This document shows positions 13,477-29,200 of a DNA stretch of 64,000 bases, in pieces; within the stretch, counting starts at the first letter, position 1, and each line of letters opens with the position of its first letter. The stretch lies in NCBI RefSeq assembly GCF_009914755.1, contig NC_060931.1. One strand, 5' to 3'. This DNA comes from the human T2T-CHM13v2.0 reference genome, Homo sapiens. The notes under the pieces were generated by a model that made no database searches, was not told the DNA's origin, and was given only the letters and a program-made list of their open reading frames with translations. The translations under genes were made by a program, and so were the position numbers.

Positions 13477-14739
13477 TCCTTGGCTTTTCTTCTCACATCA
13501 TGCCTGAGAGCTCTTATGAGCTCCCTCTACATTCGAATACCTCTCTTACTCCATTTCTGCACATTCACATTTTAATGATTTTTTTAAACCCAGTGCAAAT
13601 GTTACCTTATACTCTCTTCTCTGACCTCTTAAAGCACTTCGTATTTTCTTGTGACACATTTTTATTGTATTAAAGTTACTTATATTTATGACAAGCTTTC
13701 CATAATTATGCATCAGGAATTGCACTGCATGAGGTTAGGCTCTGAAGAAGAAACATCAAGTCAAAGTACCTGTCCCAAGGAGACCACGGCTTAGAAGAGA
13801 GGGTGGACAATTAACTAGGCTTAGTTATAGGGTATGGCTGGGGCTCTACTGGAGGAGATGCATCAAGGGTGGTAGGGGAGAGCAGAAGAGGGGGTGGGTC
13901 CCACTATTGTCCATATTATTAAACGCCTTAGGAAGAAGTGATGCCCAAACACAAAGTGTAAGCATGTGTGGGAGTTTCAAGATAGCTGAGAGAGAAAGGT
14001 ATGCCAGGTAGAATGTATCACATTTCCCCTCTCTGTTAGGAAACTGCAGGTGCCTTCAAGGCAGGAATGGTGCTGATCATTAACAGACTCAAAGTACTTT
14101 TATGCCTGGTATAAAGGACAGATTAAATCAATATGTAATGTCTGAAGGAGATTTTTAGAATAAGTATGGCCAGAATAGCATGTGGAATTTGGGTAACTGA
14201 AGGGCAATGGAATAAGAAGAGAGTAACATTCAATACTTTACACTGTTACTTAAGACTAGCCCTGTCATTATGAAAATTGGGGCATGGAGGAGGTTGCTTT
14301 TATTCAAGTCTGAATAGAAACACAGGAATACAGCATATTTTTTGTCTTTGCATTTAGAGTCTCTGAAAACTTAATACTGTTTCTACTATCATTAAGAACC
14401 CCATCCTGTTATGCAAAGAGGATACTACTGATGGATGACCTATAGTTTGCACAGGATGATAATGAGGTTTCTGAGCCACCCACAGTTCCTCATTTCCTCT
14501 GTTCAGTCAAAAGGTACACATTTGTAAGGCCATCACCCAGGGCCAAGAGTATGAGCTATCATGGAAAGAACTTTCACCTCATTAGCTGCAAATTCTAACC
14601 AGCTAAACTAATCAGCTTAGAAGAAAACTATCTTAATAGTTTATAAATCATCATTTAAAAAAAAAAAAAGAAAAAGTGGAACATAAGAATTTGGAGTTAG
14701 ACTGCTTGAGTCCAGGTTTTAGCTCTGTTTCCTTTATAT

Positions 14740-16030
14740 ACTAGACGAATCCATTCATTCCTTCATACCCAAGTTTCCAGAAAGAGTTGTTTGCATTTGC
14801 AGTCTTCACTTTGTCACCTGTGGTTCACACAGAAATCCATCTGGTTGGCCATGGCATCATCATTCATACCTCCTCACTGGAAGGGCTATCACCAGGGTCT
14901 CCACTGTGTCCTTTATGTAGAGTAACTTACTTTTACTGTAATACCTGATCCCTTTGACCACTCCACCCTACTTAAAACTGTTCAGATTTGTTTTCTTGCT
15001 TGTTTTGCCTTTTTCACAGATTTCCCTCCCCCTCAGACTCCTTTGCATGTGCTTGCCCAGAGTATTGCCTTCAGTTATTTTTGGTTTTCGTTTTAATACT
15101 CTGTCTGATTAATTTAATCCTGTCTCCTTGGTTATGTAAATAGTGATGGATCCAAAATGTAATTTTAGTCTGGGCTTCTAGATTCATGTATTCAAATCCA
15201 TTTGAATGTCCATCCCATTGAACACACATTTGAAGTTGAACTCCATCAACATTTCATGCTTAGTATCCACTTAATTGGTCAAGTCTGAAAACTAAGTTGT
15301 CCAGTGTTTTGTATTCACCTTAATATCTTCATCCCCCTTTTCTTCTTAGTGTATCCACTGCCCTTAATGGAGGCCTTGAATTGTTTCACTCTCCTACCTA
15401 ATCTACACACCTCCAGGCCTGTCCCTTTGCTAAACTATTTTCACAAATGCTGCCAGGGATTTTTTTTTTCGTAAAAACAAATATAATAATATTTTCCTAG
15501 TAAAATGTCTCCATGGTTTCCCTTTGCCTTCAGGCTGCTATCTAACCTCCTCAGTGTAATATATAAAGATCTCTCATAATTTGGCTGCTCACATCTGTAG
15601 TTTCATTTGTTATCATTCTACTGTTGGATCCTGTATTCCAGCTATCCTGCATCAATGGTGAATTCTTAGTCCCATGATCATGTAGAAATCTGTTTGTTAT
15701 GAAATACTGATGTTACTGCCTGGAATACCCTGTGCAATTCTTTACTTAATTAAGCCTCATTGGTCAGTAAAATTTAATTAACTTTTAGTAGTCCTTCCCA
15801 ACACACACTGCTAAACTGCATCAGAGGCCTGCATTTTATATATTTTCATGACATTCTAGGCTTACGTTCTGGCTAACAACAATATTGTATTTGGAGAAGT
15901 TAGCTTCTCTCTCCACTGTACTGTGTCTCCTTGCTATTGGCACTGTGCATTAGTTTTCTTTCTCTTCTATCACACAACATTGTATCTGGCACAAAATAGG
16001 TATTCACAAAACGTCTTCCAAATAAACAGA
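14740..16030 (+). mobile_element. Degenerate L2 fragments
   Basis: Pyrimidine-rich L2-type segments ending 'tatctggcacaaaataggtattcacaaaa...aaataaa'. Confidence 0.55.
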
Positions 16031-18755
16031 TCTGAGGTATATAGGTAGCTCTACCCTGTGTTAAAACTATATGAAATAACTACCTATATTACAGGTTCAC
16101 CATTTATCAGGAATTATAACAATATCTACCTCACAGGGTTGTGATGATTAAAGGAAATGTTGCACATGAACAGATTTTGAAACTATGAAGTACTTTGTAA
16201 AAAATTTCAAACCAGAGCTCAATCCTCAGTTATTGTCCTCAGTCAATACAAGTGTGTTTACATTTCTCAAATGTTTGGATTTTATAAAATTTGCATACCA
16301 TTCCAAGACAGACCCAGCCATCAGTTTTATATTCTGAAAACATGAATAAAAACAGAAGGCACTTAGCTGAGCCATTACGTTTGAGAATAGAAATGCAAGC
16401 AAAAGCATGATATATTAATCTGCTGATTTTAATGCCCAAGTAGGGATGTTATCTTAAACATATAAATACACGATTTAGATGTCTTCCTCTTGCATGTAAG
16501 TAGTAAAAATCACAACCCTGAAGAACAATTTTAGACAGCTTCTACTGATAAATTCACCTGTCTGTTTTTCATCAGACCACATAGCTCTAAGGAGGAAAAT
16601 AAGGCCAATACACTGTATTTGAAAGCTTTCTCTACAGGATGACTCAGTCTTCTGATTATTGTTCATTCTATTTCTTTTGCTTATGGAGCCACTAGGAGGT
16701 CAATTTAAAGTTTTCAGGAAGTCAGTGTGCTCATCTCTTGATTTATTGCTTAAATAAATAGCAAAAGAGTTAAATGGTCATCCTGTCAGTGGTGCTACAT
16801 TCAGAAAATGACCAAGCAGAAAACATTGTCACCCTTAGCACTGTATTGTTATAGAGCTGGTATCTTCAAGGGAAAATATACTTCCTTTATTGATTAAAGT
16901 ATGTTTCTGTAGCCTCAAAGTCAGGGAGTTACAGTTGGGAATATTAGATTCTTCACTCCTTCCCATGTGAAAGGGGATTTGTTAAGGCCCATCTGATCGC
17001 AGAAGATTTAAAGTCTCATTTCTAAGGGTCGGTCAACTCTGTGGTCCCTGCAGTATTCAGGAAATAATAGACTTTGACCTACAGTACCGTTTTTTTTTTC
17101 CTGGAGAAATATTAATTTTTTTACAGCAACAAATTTAATGACAAGGCCTATTTTGGAGCATGAAAAGTTAGATTTTATGAAAGGTTATAAGAGTGTGTCA
17201 TGTGATTCATCTATCTGTTTATCTATGTATCTATTTGTCACTTAAAATATAGAACAGAAGAAATTATTGCCCCATCTTCCCCAAACCTGAAGCACTATTG
17301 ATTATTATAGTGCTCATTCGATATGCTAGAAAGGATTATTGACCAAATTCTTCCTGTCTCAATTCTTTTCCTTTTGTTGATTTCTCCTTATTCACAGCTT
17401 TAAGTGACATATGTAATACAAACAATGCTACTATATCATTATTATTTCATTTTTATCTTTGAAGTTCCCAACTATTTTTAAAAAATTATTTCAAAAGGAA
17501 AGTTTACAATGATATCTGTGGTAGGAAAACTATTATCAGGTATCATATATAGAAGGTTACTGTGTAAACAAAGCATAATAAAAATATTTAATTCCAGGAG
17601 CAGGACCCAATGCTTGCTTTCCCCCTGATAAAAAGGAATACTAGCTGCTAAGCACACCAAACATAATTTTTGTCTTCATTTAATCAGAAATATTGAACTT
17701 AGTGTATGAGAAAGCTTTTGTACCCTGTGGTACCATGCTATTTAATGCTGTGTTCATTTATTGCTTAAAATTATTCAAGCATGACTGAGATGATTACACA
17801 TTGCTTCAGCAAGAAATACTGTTGTTAACTGTTGTTACTGGAGTAACCAGAATCATGAATGAAACTATCTGTTATGGTTCATCTGGTACAAACCTACCTT
17901 TACCAAGACTGTAAGAGAAACTTTAGGATGGCTAATAGCAAATTCATATAGATAAATATTTATCATTCTCTCTCAACTGCCCCCTTCAAAGACTAAAGAT
18001 TGTGACAGATGTTCAGACAACTTATGCCCATTAAGAAACTCCAATATTTTAGTTTTCTTCTGCTGATGCTTATATTCTGCTTGGAAATTTATTGATGTAT
18101 AATATACACTTAGAAAAATATACAGACATTTTCTGTATAAAAATATACAGACATTACACTCCAAGCATCCACATAATTGGTGCTCAAATCAAGAAACAGT
18201 GTATTACCAACATTTCAGAATACCCTCTTATACTTCCTGTCACTACCTACCACCCTGACTTCTAATACTATGGAGGGGTTTTGACTTTTAAAAATAGTAA
18301 CTTACCCACTCACTACATACATATATTTAAGTCAGCTTTATTGACTTATAATAATAAAATCAATTGTAATATGTTTTAGTGAGAATAACATTACTCTTTA
18401 TTGAATACTAATACTGAGTATTCTTGTATATTTATTGAATATACTAGTATTTATTGAGTAATATTACTATTGGAGAATAATAATACTCTTTACTAAGTAT
18501 AATGTTGAGTAATATACTTTACATCAAATAAAAGTCATTAACTTCAAGTGTAGATTCTCATAAATTTTGTCAAAAATATGCATTTGTGCAATGACCATCT
18601 CAATCAACATATGGAACATTTCTGTTACTCCACAATATTATCTTGTCAACATTTACAATCGACTTCTCCCGCTACCACAAGCACAACCATTATTCTCTAT
18701 TCCATCAGTGTAACTTAGCCAATTTTAGCATTTATATAAATTGAACCATGCATAA

Positions 18756-19118
<363 letters not shown>

Positions 19119-19605
19119 TGTCAGCTTCTTTCACTTAGCATGACATTGGTGAGATTATATATGTTAGTGCATATGTCATTTCTTTGTTTTTTTTTTTAAT
19201 TGTTGAGTAATATTCCATTGAATAGCAATACTACTATCTGCTTGTACATTCATTATTTAATGGACATTTAGCATTTTTGGCTTCTTGCTAAAAATATTTA
19301 TGCACACGTTTTTATGTGGTCATATGTTTTTATTTCTCTAGCCATTTTTTTCTTTTGCATTTTTATTTAGTCTGATAATTGTTGACTTTTAATTGGAGTT
19401 CTTAGAGTATTAACATAATTATTTATATAATTCTATTTAAAATGATTACCTACTATTTGTTTCTATTGGTTCAATCTATTTTTTGTTCTCCATCACCCAC
19501 CTAACCCCCTGCTTTTGGGACCTCTTTTGTACAGTACTATTTCTTATAACTACATTTTTCTTTATTATTCATATATTGTTCCTCTTTTTTTTTCTTTTTT
19601 TTTTC

Positions 19606-19808
19606 AGTGGTTGCTTTACAAACATTTTCTGTAACTGTAAAATATAGGTATTTTCAGCTTTGTGGGCTACATCATTTCTTTTACAACCAGTAAGCTTTGC
19701 CTTTGTAGAACAAAAGCAGCTATAAACACATAAACAAATAGGTATGACCAAATTAGGGCCACAAGATTTGGCCAGATTTCGCTGTGGGATGTAGTTTGCT
19801 AATCCTTG
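19606..19808. mobile_element. MER58-like hAT-Charlie MITE
   Basis: 'caaacattttctgtaa...tattttcagctttgtgggc...aaaagcagctataaaca...gtagtttgctaatccttg'. Confidence 0.75.
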
Positions 19809-22800
19809 CTCTAGAGTATAAAATATAAATTTTTAACTTATTGTAGTCTACATTCAAATATTATAGCACTTCCCACATAGTGTAAAAAATGTACACATTG
19901 TATAATAAATTTACTTCTCCATCCTCTCTTCAATTGTTGTAATATACACTGTTTTTATTTGTTACAAATGCCATGTACATTAGTGTGTGTCATTAAAATG
20001 TGATCTGTTAAAGAGATTACATAATAAGAAAAATATTAAATATTAATGCACATATTTATAATTTTGGTTGTTCATCTGCTGCTGTCATTTTTAATGTAGA
20101 TCGAAATTTGTTTCTGATGTCATTTTCTTTCTGGCTAAAGGATTTTTTTTTTTTAGTATCTCTTGTAATAACCTGCTAGTGTTAATTCTCATAGGATTTG
20201 TTTGTTGGAATATCTGTTTTTCACCTTAACTTTGAATAGATATTTTCATGAGATAGAAAATTCTAGGTTAACAATATTTTCATTTCAGTAAACTGAGAAT
20301 ACTGCTCTGTTGTCTTCTAGCCTTCATTATTTCTGAGAATTTTGCTGTGATTTTTATCTGCACATGTCTTTTCTCTTCAGATATTTCAATACTTTTCTCT
20401 GTCACTAGATTCAGACATTTGGTTAGGTTTTGCCTTCTTTTGTGTAAAAAAATAGTTTATTTTCTTACAGCCTATTGAGCTTTTGGATATCTGAGTTTAA
20501 AATTTTCATCAATTTTGGAAAATGCTGGCAGTTATATTTTAAAAGCATTTTAATACCCTCATCCTTTTTTTCATGTTACTCCAATTACATATATGTTGGT
20601 CTTTTGATATTATCCCATGGATCACTTGGGCTATGATTTTTTTTTCTTTCTTTGTTATTTTTGTTATGCTTCATCTAGGATATTTCTATGTTTTCATGTG
20701 CAATGACCTGTTCTGCTGTGGTATATAATCTGCTGTTAATTTCATTCCATGTATTTTTTATATATGTTTATTTCTAGAAGTTCAATTTGTGTTTTTTGGT
20801 CTTCATTTTTCTTTTTATTTCATTTGTGCTTTCCTTCAAATGCTTTAACATATGTATAGTTCTTCCTCTTCTAAATTTCTTGTGTCTTTTGTTATTTAGT
20901 CTGTTTCTGTTGATAGATTTTTCTTTAGATATGGTTAATTTTATCCAGCTTATTTGAATATCTGGTAGTTTTTGATTGGGTGTTGGATATTATAAGTTTT
21001 ACATTTTTGAAAATTAAATATTTCTACAGTTTTCAGAATTTATTCTTGTGCACAATTAGTTTATTTTATATCAGGTACATCTTTTCATTTTGCTTTTAAG
21101 GTTTATTATGGTGGGTCTAAAAGAAACCTTTATTCTAAGGCTAATTTAGTCTCGCTACTAACCCAATGTTCTCTTAGGCAATCTATAAAAGCCCCATTCG
21201 TACTAATTCTCCTCTCTTTTGTGAACACAAATTATCCCCAAATCTGTCTGAGTTCTGGGAGTAGTTTGCCTATTGGTTTCTAGTGTTTCTTTTGCTGATG
21301 TTGGGGAGTTTTATCCAAGGCAGAAAGCTAGATCAACTGCAGGACTTACCTGGGACATTCTCCTTCTCTCTTAGATCATAATTTTTTTCTACCTCTTGAA
21401 CAAAGTCTACAAATAATTGCTTCATATATCTGTACAGTTTTATAGTTTGTCATCAAAAGGTGGTCATTGGTGTTACCAGAAGCCCCATTAAACTATTGTG
21501 ATGAGTGGTTGCAAATTTACACATTTACATGGTGAAAGTAATGTTGGTTTTGTCTGGTGATATACAGAGAACAAATTAGCCCAGAGTCGGTTGTTTTATC
21601 ATAGCCAGATATAGGCAAGCTCCATGTATCTCCTTTTTAACGCTTGAGTGACTTCTCTCTAGGTATGCATTTAAAAAGGAGGTTGTGGAGGACTCTGAGT
21701 ATATAAAAGGATGACATAAACTTCTAGATTTCATAATACCTTCCAAAAATATTTCCTCCAATGTTTAGTAACTAAGGATTTTTATCTACTTACTATATTG
21801 CGGCATCATCAATCCCCTTCTGACTGTATTAGTCTAGATGTTGTGAACTTTTCCACATCAACTCGTGTGAGCTTCGTAAGTATTCTTGTTGAATTGTGTT
21901 GTCCTTATTTACTTATTTCCTCTTCCTATTATAACCTCACAATCATTCTGGTTTTAGCCCCAAAATATTAGGCCTAATGGCAGTCTGTTTTCTGAAGAAT
22001 TTGATGGGCTGTTTCTCTAGTCCAAAATGGCTATTATCTATGGGCACTTTAACTAAGGCATTAACTATAGCTACCTGGAACTAACAGTTTGCAGAGGTGT
22101 TTTCGGTATATTCTACAGTGCTAAACAAAGTCAAAGTTAATATCACCATGGAAATTTGTTGCAGTAATATTACTAGCAACATCAATGGCCACGTTTGGAT
22201 AAGCATATTTTTCTATGATACATTGGAAATGGCCAAACATGTAACTAACAATATTATTTTCTTGAAGGTGTTGATAATTTATAAGATTACAGAATAATGA
22301 ACTCGTAATTTTATTGGAAAGTCTGCATACTTTTAACCTTTCAAATATAATAAAATTTCAGCATGAGTAAGCAGTTATTTTTCAGTTAAATGATTATTCA
22401 ATTCCCAAAGCTACAGTGTGCTATAGTAGGCATTACTGAGCAAATAAATCCATTTGTCTCCATAGTCTCTTTCAAAAATTGATTACAGGTTTTCACAAAG
22501 TTTCTAGCCAAAATATGGTTGTTTCAAATTTTCTCTTGCCTAAATTTAAGCAAATTTCCTCTTAGTGGTTTCTCAGTAGATATGGAGAAAAAGAAGTCAT
22601 GGTTTTTTACATAAGAGAGTTAATACGTTTATTATTTCAATTTGCATAAAAGTATGCATACAATAATTTCCTTGGGATAAAAGAACTTAGTAAAATATTC
22701 TGAGGCATTCAAATTTTTAGTTATCGATATTATAAATAATTTAAAATAGCTCTTATAAAACAAAAATGCCATCTGAAAAGGAATATTTTAAACTGATCGA

Positions 22801-22947
22801 AAGATCATCAACTCAAACCTTGTCAAATGAGGTCATACATGGAAAATGCCAAATTCCAGTAAAATATTTCACTTGCCAAGAGGAAAACTCTCCAAGACAA
22901 AAGAAGAAAAATAAGATAGGCAGATTGATGAATATTTAGCATTCTTT

Positions 22948-23265
<318 letters not shown>

Positions 23266-24999
23266 TAAACATTCTTTAATAAAGCTTACTGTCCTGAGAG
23301 TTCATACATATACACACCATACTTACCGAAGGGCACAAAATCAGACACATGCCTTCACTCAAACAGCTTCCTACACTTATGCATAAAGAAAGTTACATCC
23401 AGTACTTTTTCTGGGGGCTAAATAAGTCAGTTTCTAACCTCTCCCTAAAGGTACTTTTTGTTCCTTTAAGGCAGGGATTATATAGAAAACTATCAGAAAA
23501 AAAGTCTAATTTTTACTCTACACAGTTTATGAAAGTCATGATTTTACCAAAATGACACCACACTTAGCTGTCAGCTTCTTTTCTTCCCTATCTCATAATC
23601 TATGCTTTGTCATTTATATTCTTATTATATATGTTATCTGCTTCCTCTACTTCCTCCTTTTTTGCTGACATACCTACATGCTCTTATATAGATGTGTGAG
23701 TGTTGACAATTGTATTACTAGAGTGAAGTAAAATAAAGTAAATGTTTTTTTTTTTTATCTTTTTTGCTATGTTGCAAACCAACGTGCAGACAATTTCTTA
23801 AAGCAGAGTTTATTTGAAATTATCTGTAAATATTCTGTTAATATATACAGGTTCTGTGGCTACCTCTGAGAGGGATTCTTAAAAATTTTCTCATCTAATA
23901 CATATTCATTACATAGAATTTTGAAAGTATAAAATTGTTTAAAGACTAAGCATAATCTATACTATCATGTAATAATGAATCTGTTAGTATTCAGATTCTC
24001 ATAAGCTTTCTTTTTTATTTTATCTTAATCTGCCTATTCACAAAGATACACATATTTTAAAATTTGAATTATTTTAGATACAATTTGGTATTATTCTACT
24101 ATAATAAATATTGTGCCAATTTTCTCACATTAAAATTTAATTGCATTTGTTTCAATTTACCAGCGTTTTAATATAAGTATTTGAGCATAGAACACAAAAC
24201 TAATTTTGGTGGGCAGTAGAGTTACTGCTTATTGTAAAATATTTTTTAAATGCACTAAAAAAGGAGATTTCAATTTCCAGCAACATGGCTTATTAGATGT
24301 TCTGAAAACGCTCTTGTCATGTCATAAAACATCAGAAATGCCTAATTAAATGCTGTAAAATACACTTTTAAATGTATTGCTGGCCTGGCAAAAAAGATGG
24401 TCAATCTTTAAAGACCACGAGTAAAGTCCAGGCTGGTAAGTGAAGAGAAAAGTCGGGGCAGTATGGAATCATTTGCCACTGTCTCATAGTTGAAAATCTT
24501 AGGTTTTAATGGACCACAGGATATTTTAAAAACCTTCATTTATGTAGTAATAGGAAACCACGAGTAAAATTCTAAGCCCAAGAATGCTGTTCCTCAGTTA
24601 GATACTACATCCATTCCCATTATACATCTCTGGGTAGATTTAAAAAGGACATTAAAAAAGTCAAAAACCAAGAATACAAAACCAAGCAAGCAAACAAAAT
24701 TTTTTCCTGATAATTTACAAGCAATAGTTGTTCTATATATTTTGAAGTTTGAAGGCCCAAACTGTTATAATTGTAAGCCCCCTCCCCCTGAAATAAATTC
24801 ATTTTTAACAGGCAGTGGGTTTATAAAATCTCTGAGCACTGGCCAGAAACACATAAATCCTCACTCATGAAGCCAGAATACTGTGTGAGAGTGTTGTCAA
24901 AATGTTGAGAAAACAGAAGTGACTAGCTAGATTGTATATCTGGTGAAAGTACCTGTTAAAAAGAAAGAGGAAATAAAGATATTGTCAGATAAAATGGTA

Positions 25000-25180
25000 C
25001 TTACTAACTACATGACTTTGGGCAAACTACTTCATCTTTCTAAACTTCAGTTTCAGCATCGGTGAAAACGAGCTAAGGATAGTGCCTCTCTCACAGGGTT
25101 CTGCTAAAGATTAATTGAGTCAACACATATGTAGCATCTGGAAGAGTTCATGGTAAGCAATAAAATGTTATCTGGTAATA
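25000..25180 (+). mobile_element. MIR
   Basis: Core 'tgactttgggcaaactacttcatctttctaaacttcagtttc'. Confidence 0.7.
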
Positions 25181-25449
25181 TTACAGTAAACATGCACTGC
25201 AACATTATTTCCCCGCCAATTGGCAGAGTTTCCTACTTCTTCTCTCCTTTCTTACACGGTTCATCTTTGTTTACATTTTTGGCCAGGATGATTACCTGAA
25301 GGATAACTTACACGTAATAAAATGTACCTGTTTTCAGTGCTCACCTGATGAATTTTGGTAATTGTTAGCAGTCATGTAGCTATTACCACACTAAAGATTA
25401 AAAAATAAGTCCCTTGTCCCCAAAAATCATCTTCATGTCCCTTTGTCAT

Positions 25450-25850
25450 CAATATCCAAAATATAGAAGGAATTCATACAACTCAATAGTAAAAAACAAA
25501 CAGCGAAACCAAATAACTCAATTTAAAAATGGGCAAAAGACCTGAATAGAAATTTTTCTAAACTGCCCAATAGGTAAATAAAAAGGTGTTCAACACCAAT
25601 AATCATCAGGGAAATGCAGCTATAGTTTAAAAATAATGTATCACAGAAATTTCTTCAGAGAGTAATATATCTTAGTATTCTCACCACACAACAAAAACAA
25701 AAAGGTAACTGTGAGATAATGGATATGTTTATTAGCTTGATTGTGGTAATTTTTTCACAATGTGTAGATATATGAAACATCATGTTCTACACCTTAAATA
25801 TATACAGTTTTTATTTGTCAATTTTACCTTAATGAAACTGAGGAATAAAA
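25450..25850 (+). mobile_element. L1MA/MB 3' fragments
   Basis: 'aaaatgggcaaaagacctgaataga', 'tgtgagataatggatatg...tttatttgtcaattttaccttaat'. Confidence 0.75.
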
Positions 25851-26264
25851 AACCTTTCCCCAATTGAATTACCCTGGTAACTTTGTTGAAAATAAATTAA
25901 ACATACAGATGTGCATCTGTTATAGACTACATGTCATACACACACATATATATACAATTTCCATGCCAACATTATATATATAATATTATATGTTATATGA
26001 CACATATGTAATGAATATATGATATATAATTTTATGTTATATGATACATAGTATGACATGTAACTTAATATGTTATATGATACATATATAATAAATATAT
26101 GATATATATTTTCATGCTTACATGAACACAACTTTTTTTTAATTACTTTTGCTTTAGAGTAAATCCTGAAATCAGGTAAAGAATGTCATTTGGTCCCACC
26201 TTTATTTTTCATTATTAATTTTCCTATTAAAAGTCCTTTGTCTTTTCATATAATTATCACATCA

Positions 26265-29200
26265 ATTTTAATGGGGTAAAATGTGATGTTTTGATACATG
26301 TATACAATGTATAATGACCAAATCAGGGTAATTAGCATATCCACCACTTTAAACATTTATCATTTCTTAGTGTTAGGAACATTTGAAATCCTCTCTTCTA
26401 GTTATTTGAAAATATATGGTAAATTATTATTAACTTCAGTTACCATTCAGCACTACAGAACACTAGAACATATTTCTCCTATCTAGCTGTAATTTTGTAT
26501 TCATTAAGCAACTGTTCCCTAACCCCTCTACCCTTCCCATCCTCTAACAACCACTGTTGTACTTACTACTATGGAATCAATTTTTTTATCTTCCAGAGAT
26601 GAGTGAGAACATGTGGTATTTATCTTTCTGTGCCTGGCTCACTTCTCATAACATAATGTCTTCCAGGCTCATCTACGTTGCTGCAAATGACAGGATTTTA
26701 TTTTATTTATTTTTGGTTAACTACTATTCCATTGTGTGTATATAGCATATTTTCTTTACCTATCTGTTGAAGGACACTTAAGTTGGTTTCATATCTTGAT
26801 TATTGTGAATAGTGCTGCAATAAACACAGGAGTGTGGACATCTTACTGGCATACTGATTTCTTTTCCTTTGGATATATACCTAGTAGTGGAGTAGCTAGG
26901 TCACATGGTACTAATATTTTAATTTTTTTAGTAGCTTTCGTGATGTTTTCTTTAATGGCTATAGTAATTTACATTCCCAGCAATGTGTAAGAGTTTTCTT
27001 TTCTCTGCTTCTTCACCAGCATTGGCTATATATTTTTGTCTTTTTGATAATAGCTATTCTAATAGGTATGAGATATTATCTCATCTTGGTTTTGATTTGC
27101 ATTTTCCCAATCACTATTAATGTTGAGCATTTTTTCATATACTTGGCCATGTGTATGCCTTTTTTAAAGGAATGTCTGTTCAGATAATTTTCCCATTTTT
27201 AAATTGGGTTATTTCTTTTCTTTCTGTTGAATTGAGTTTCTTATATATTATGAATATTAATCCCTTGGCAGATGAATAGTTTGCAAATATTTTACCCATT
27301 CTTTAGGTTGTCTCTTTATTCTGTTGATTGCTTCCTTTGCCATACAGGAGCTCTTTAGTTTGGTATAGTTCAGTTTGTCTATTTTTGCTTTGCTTGCCTA
27401 TGCTCTTGAGACCTTATCCATAAAATTTGCTCAGAACAATGTCCTGAAGTGTTTTCTCTGTGTTTATTCCTACTGGCAGTTTCATAGTTTTGGGGGTTAC
27501 ATTTAATTTTTTAATCCATTTTGAGTCAATGTTTGTATATGGCAAAAGATAGGGGTCTAGTTTCATTCTTATGCATATGAATATCCAGTTTTTCCAGCAC
27601 TATTTATTGAAGAGGTTTTCCTTTCACCAATGTATATTCTTGACACCTTTGTTGCAAATCAGTTGACTGTAAATATGTGGATTTATTTCTGGGTTCTCTA
27701 CTCTGTTCCATTGTTCTGCGTGTTTTTATGCCAGTACAATTACTTTGTAGTACATTTTGAAGTCAGGTAGTATAATGCCTCCAGCTTTGATATTTTTTTC
27801 TCATAATAGCGTTGTCTATATGGGATCCTTTATGGCTCCACATAAATTTTCGAATTGTTTTTTCTATGTCTGTGAAGAATCTATCTAGATAGTGATTTCA
27901 TTAAATGGGTAGAATTGCTTAGGGTGGTGTGGTCCTTTAAATAGTATTAATTCTAATCAATAAACATGAGATGTCTTTACATTTATTTGTGTTGTCTTCA
28001 ATATGTCCTATCAGCGTTTTATAGTTTTTACTGTAAGGTATTTCATCTCCTTGGTTCAATTTATTCCTAAATATTTAATTTTTTGTAGTTATTGAAATTG
28101 GATGGCTTTCTTGAATTCTTTTTTTGCAAGTTTGTTACTGGTGTATACAAATGCTACTGATTTTTGTATGTTAATTTTGTATCCAGAATTTTACTGAATT
28201 CATTTATCCATTCTGAGAGGTGTTTTTGGTGTAATCTTTAGGGGTTCATGTCATCTGCAAACAGGAAAAATCTGACTTTCTCCTTTCCAACGTGGTTGAC
28301 CTTTCTTTCTATTGCTGAAATGCTCTGGCAAGGATGTCTAGTACTATGACAAATAAGAGTGGTGAAAGTGGGCATCCTTGTCTTGTTCCAGTTCTTAAAG
28401 AAAAAGCTTTTCCTCATTCAGTACGATGTTAGCTGTGGGTTTGCCATGTGTGGGACTTTATTGTGGTCAGGTGCACTCCTCTGTATTAATTTGCTGAGAG
28501 TTTTTATTATGAAGAGATGTTGAATTTTATCAAATAGTTTTTATATGTCCATTGAGATAATCATATGGTTTTTGACTTTCACTCCGTTGATGTGATGTAT
28601 CACACTTATTGATTTGCATATTTTGAACCATCCTTATATTTCCGAATAAATACCACTTGGCAATAATATATAATCTTTTTGATATGCTGTTGGAATTTAT
28701 TTGCTAGTGAGAATTGAGAATTGTTAAAAATCTATGTTCCTTAGGGATGTAGTTTTCTTTTTTGTTGTGTCCTTGTCTGGTTTTGGTGGAAGGGTAATGC
28801 CGGCCTTGTAGAATGAATTTGGAAATTTTTCTTGCCCTTCAATTTTTTGGAATAACTTGAGAAGAATTGGTGTCAGTTTTTAGAAGGCTGGTAATATGCA
28901 GCAACGAAGCCATCTAGTCCTGGGTTTCCTTTGCTGGGAGACTTTTTATTAAAGATTAAATATCGTTAATCATTATTGGCTTCTTCAGGTTTTGTATTTC
29001 TTCCTCTTTCAATCGCGTTAGGTTGTATGTGTCCAGGAATTTTTCCATTTCCTCTAGATTTTCCAATGTGTTGGGACACAGTTGTTCATAATCATCTCCA
29101 ATGACCCTTTGTGTTTCTGAGATATCAGGTAATGTCTCATTTTTGGGGGGGATTTTATTTATTTGGGTCTTTCTCTCTGTCTTTTTTTAGTTTTGTTAAT

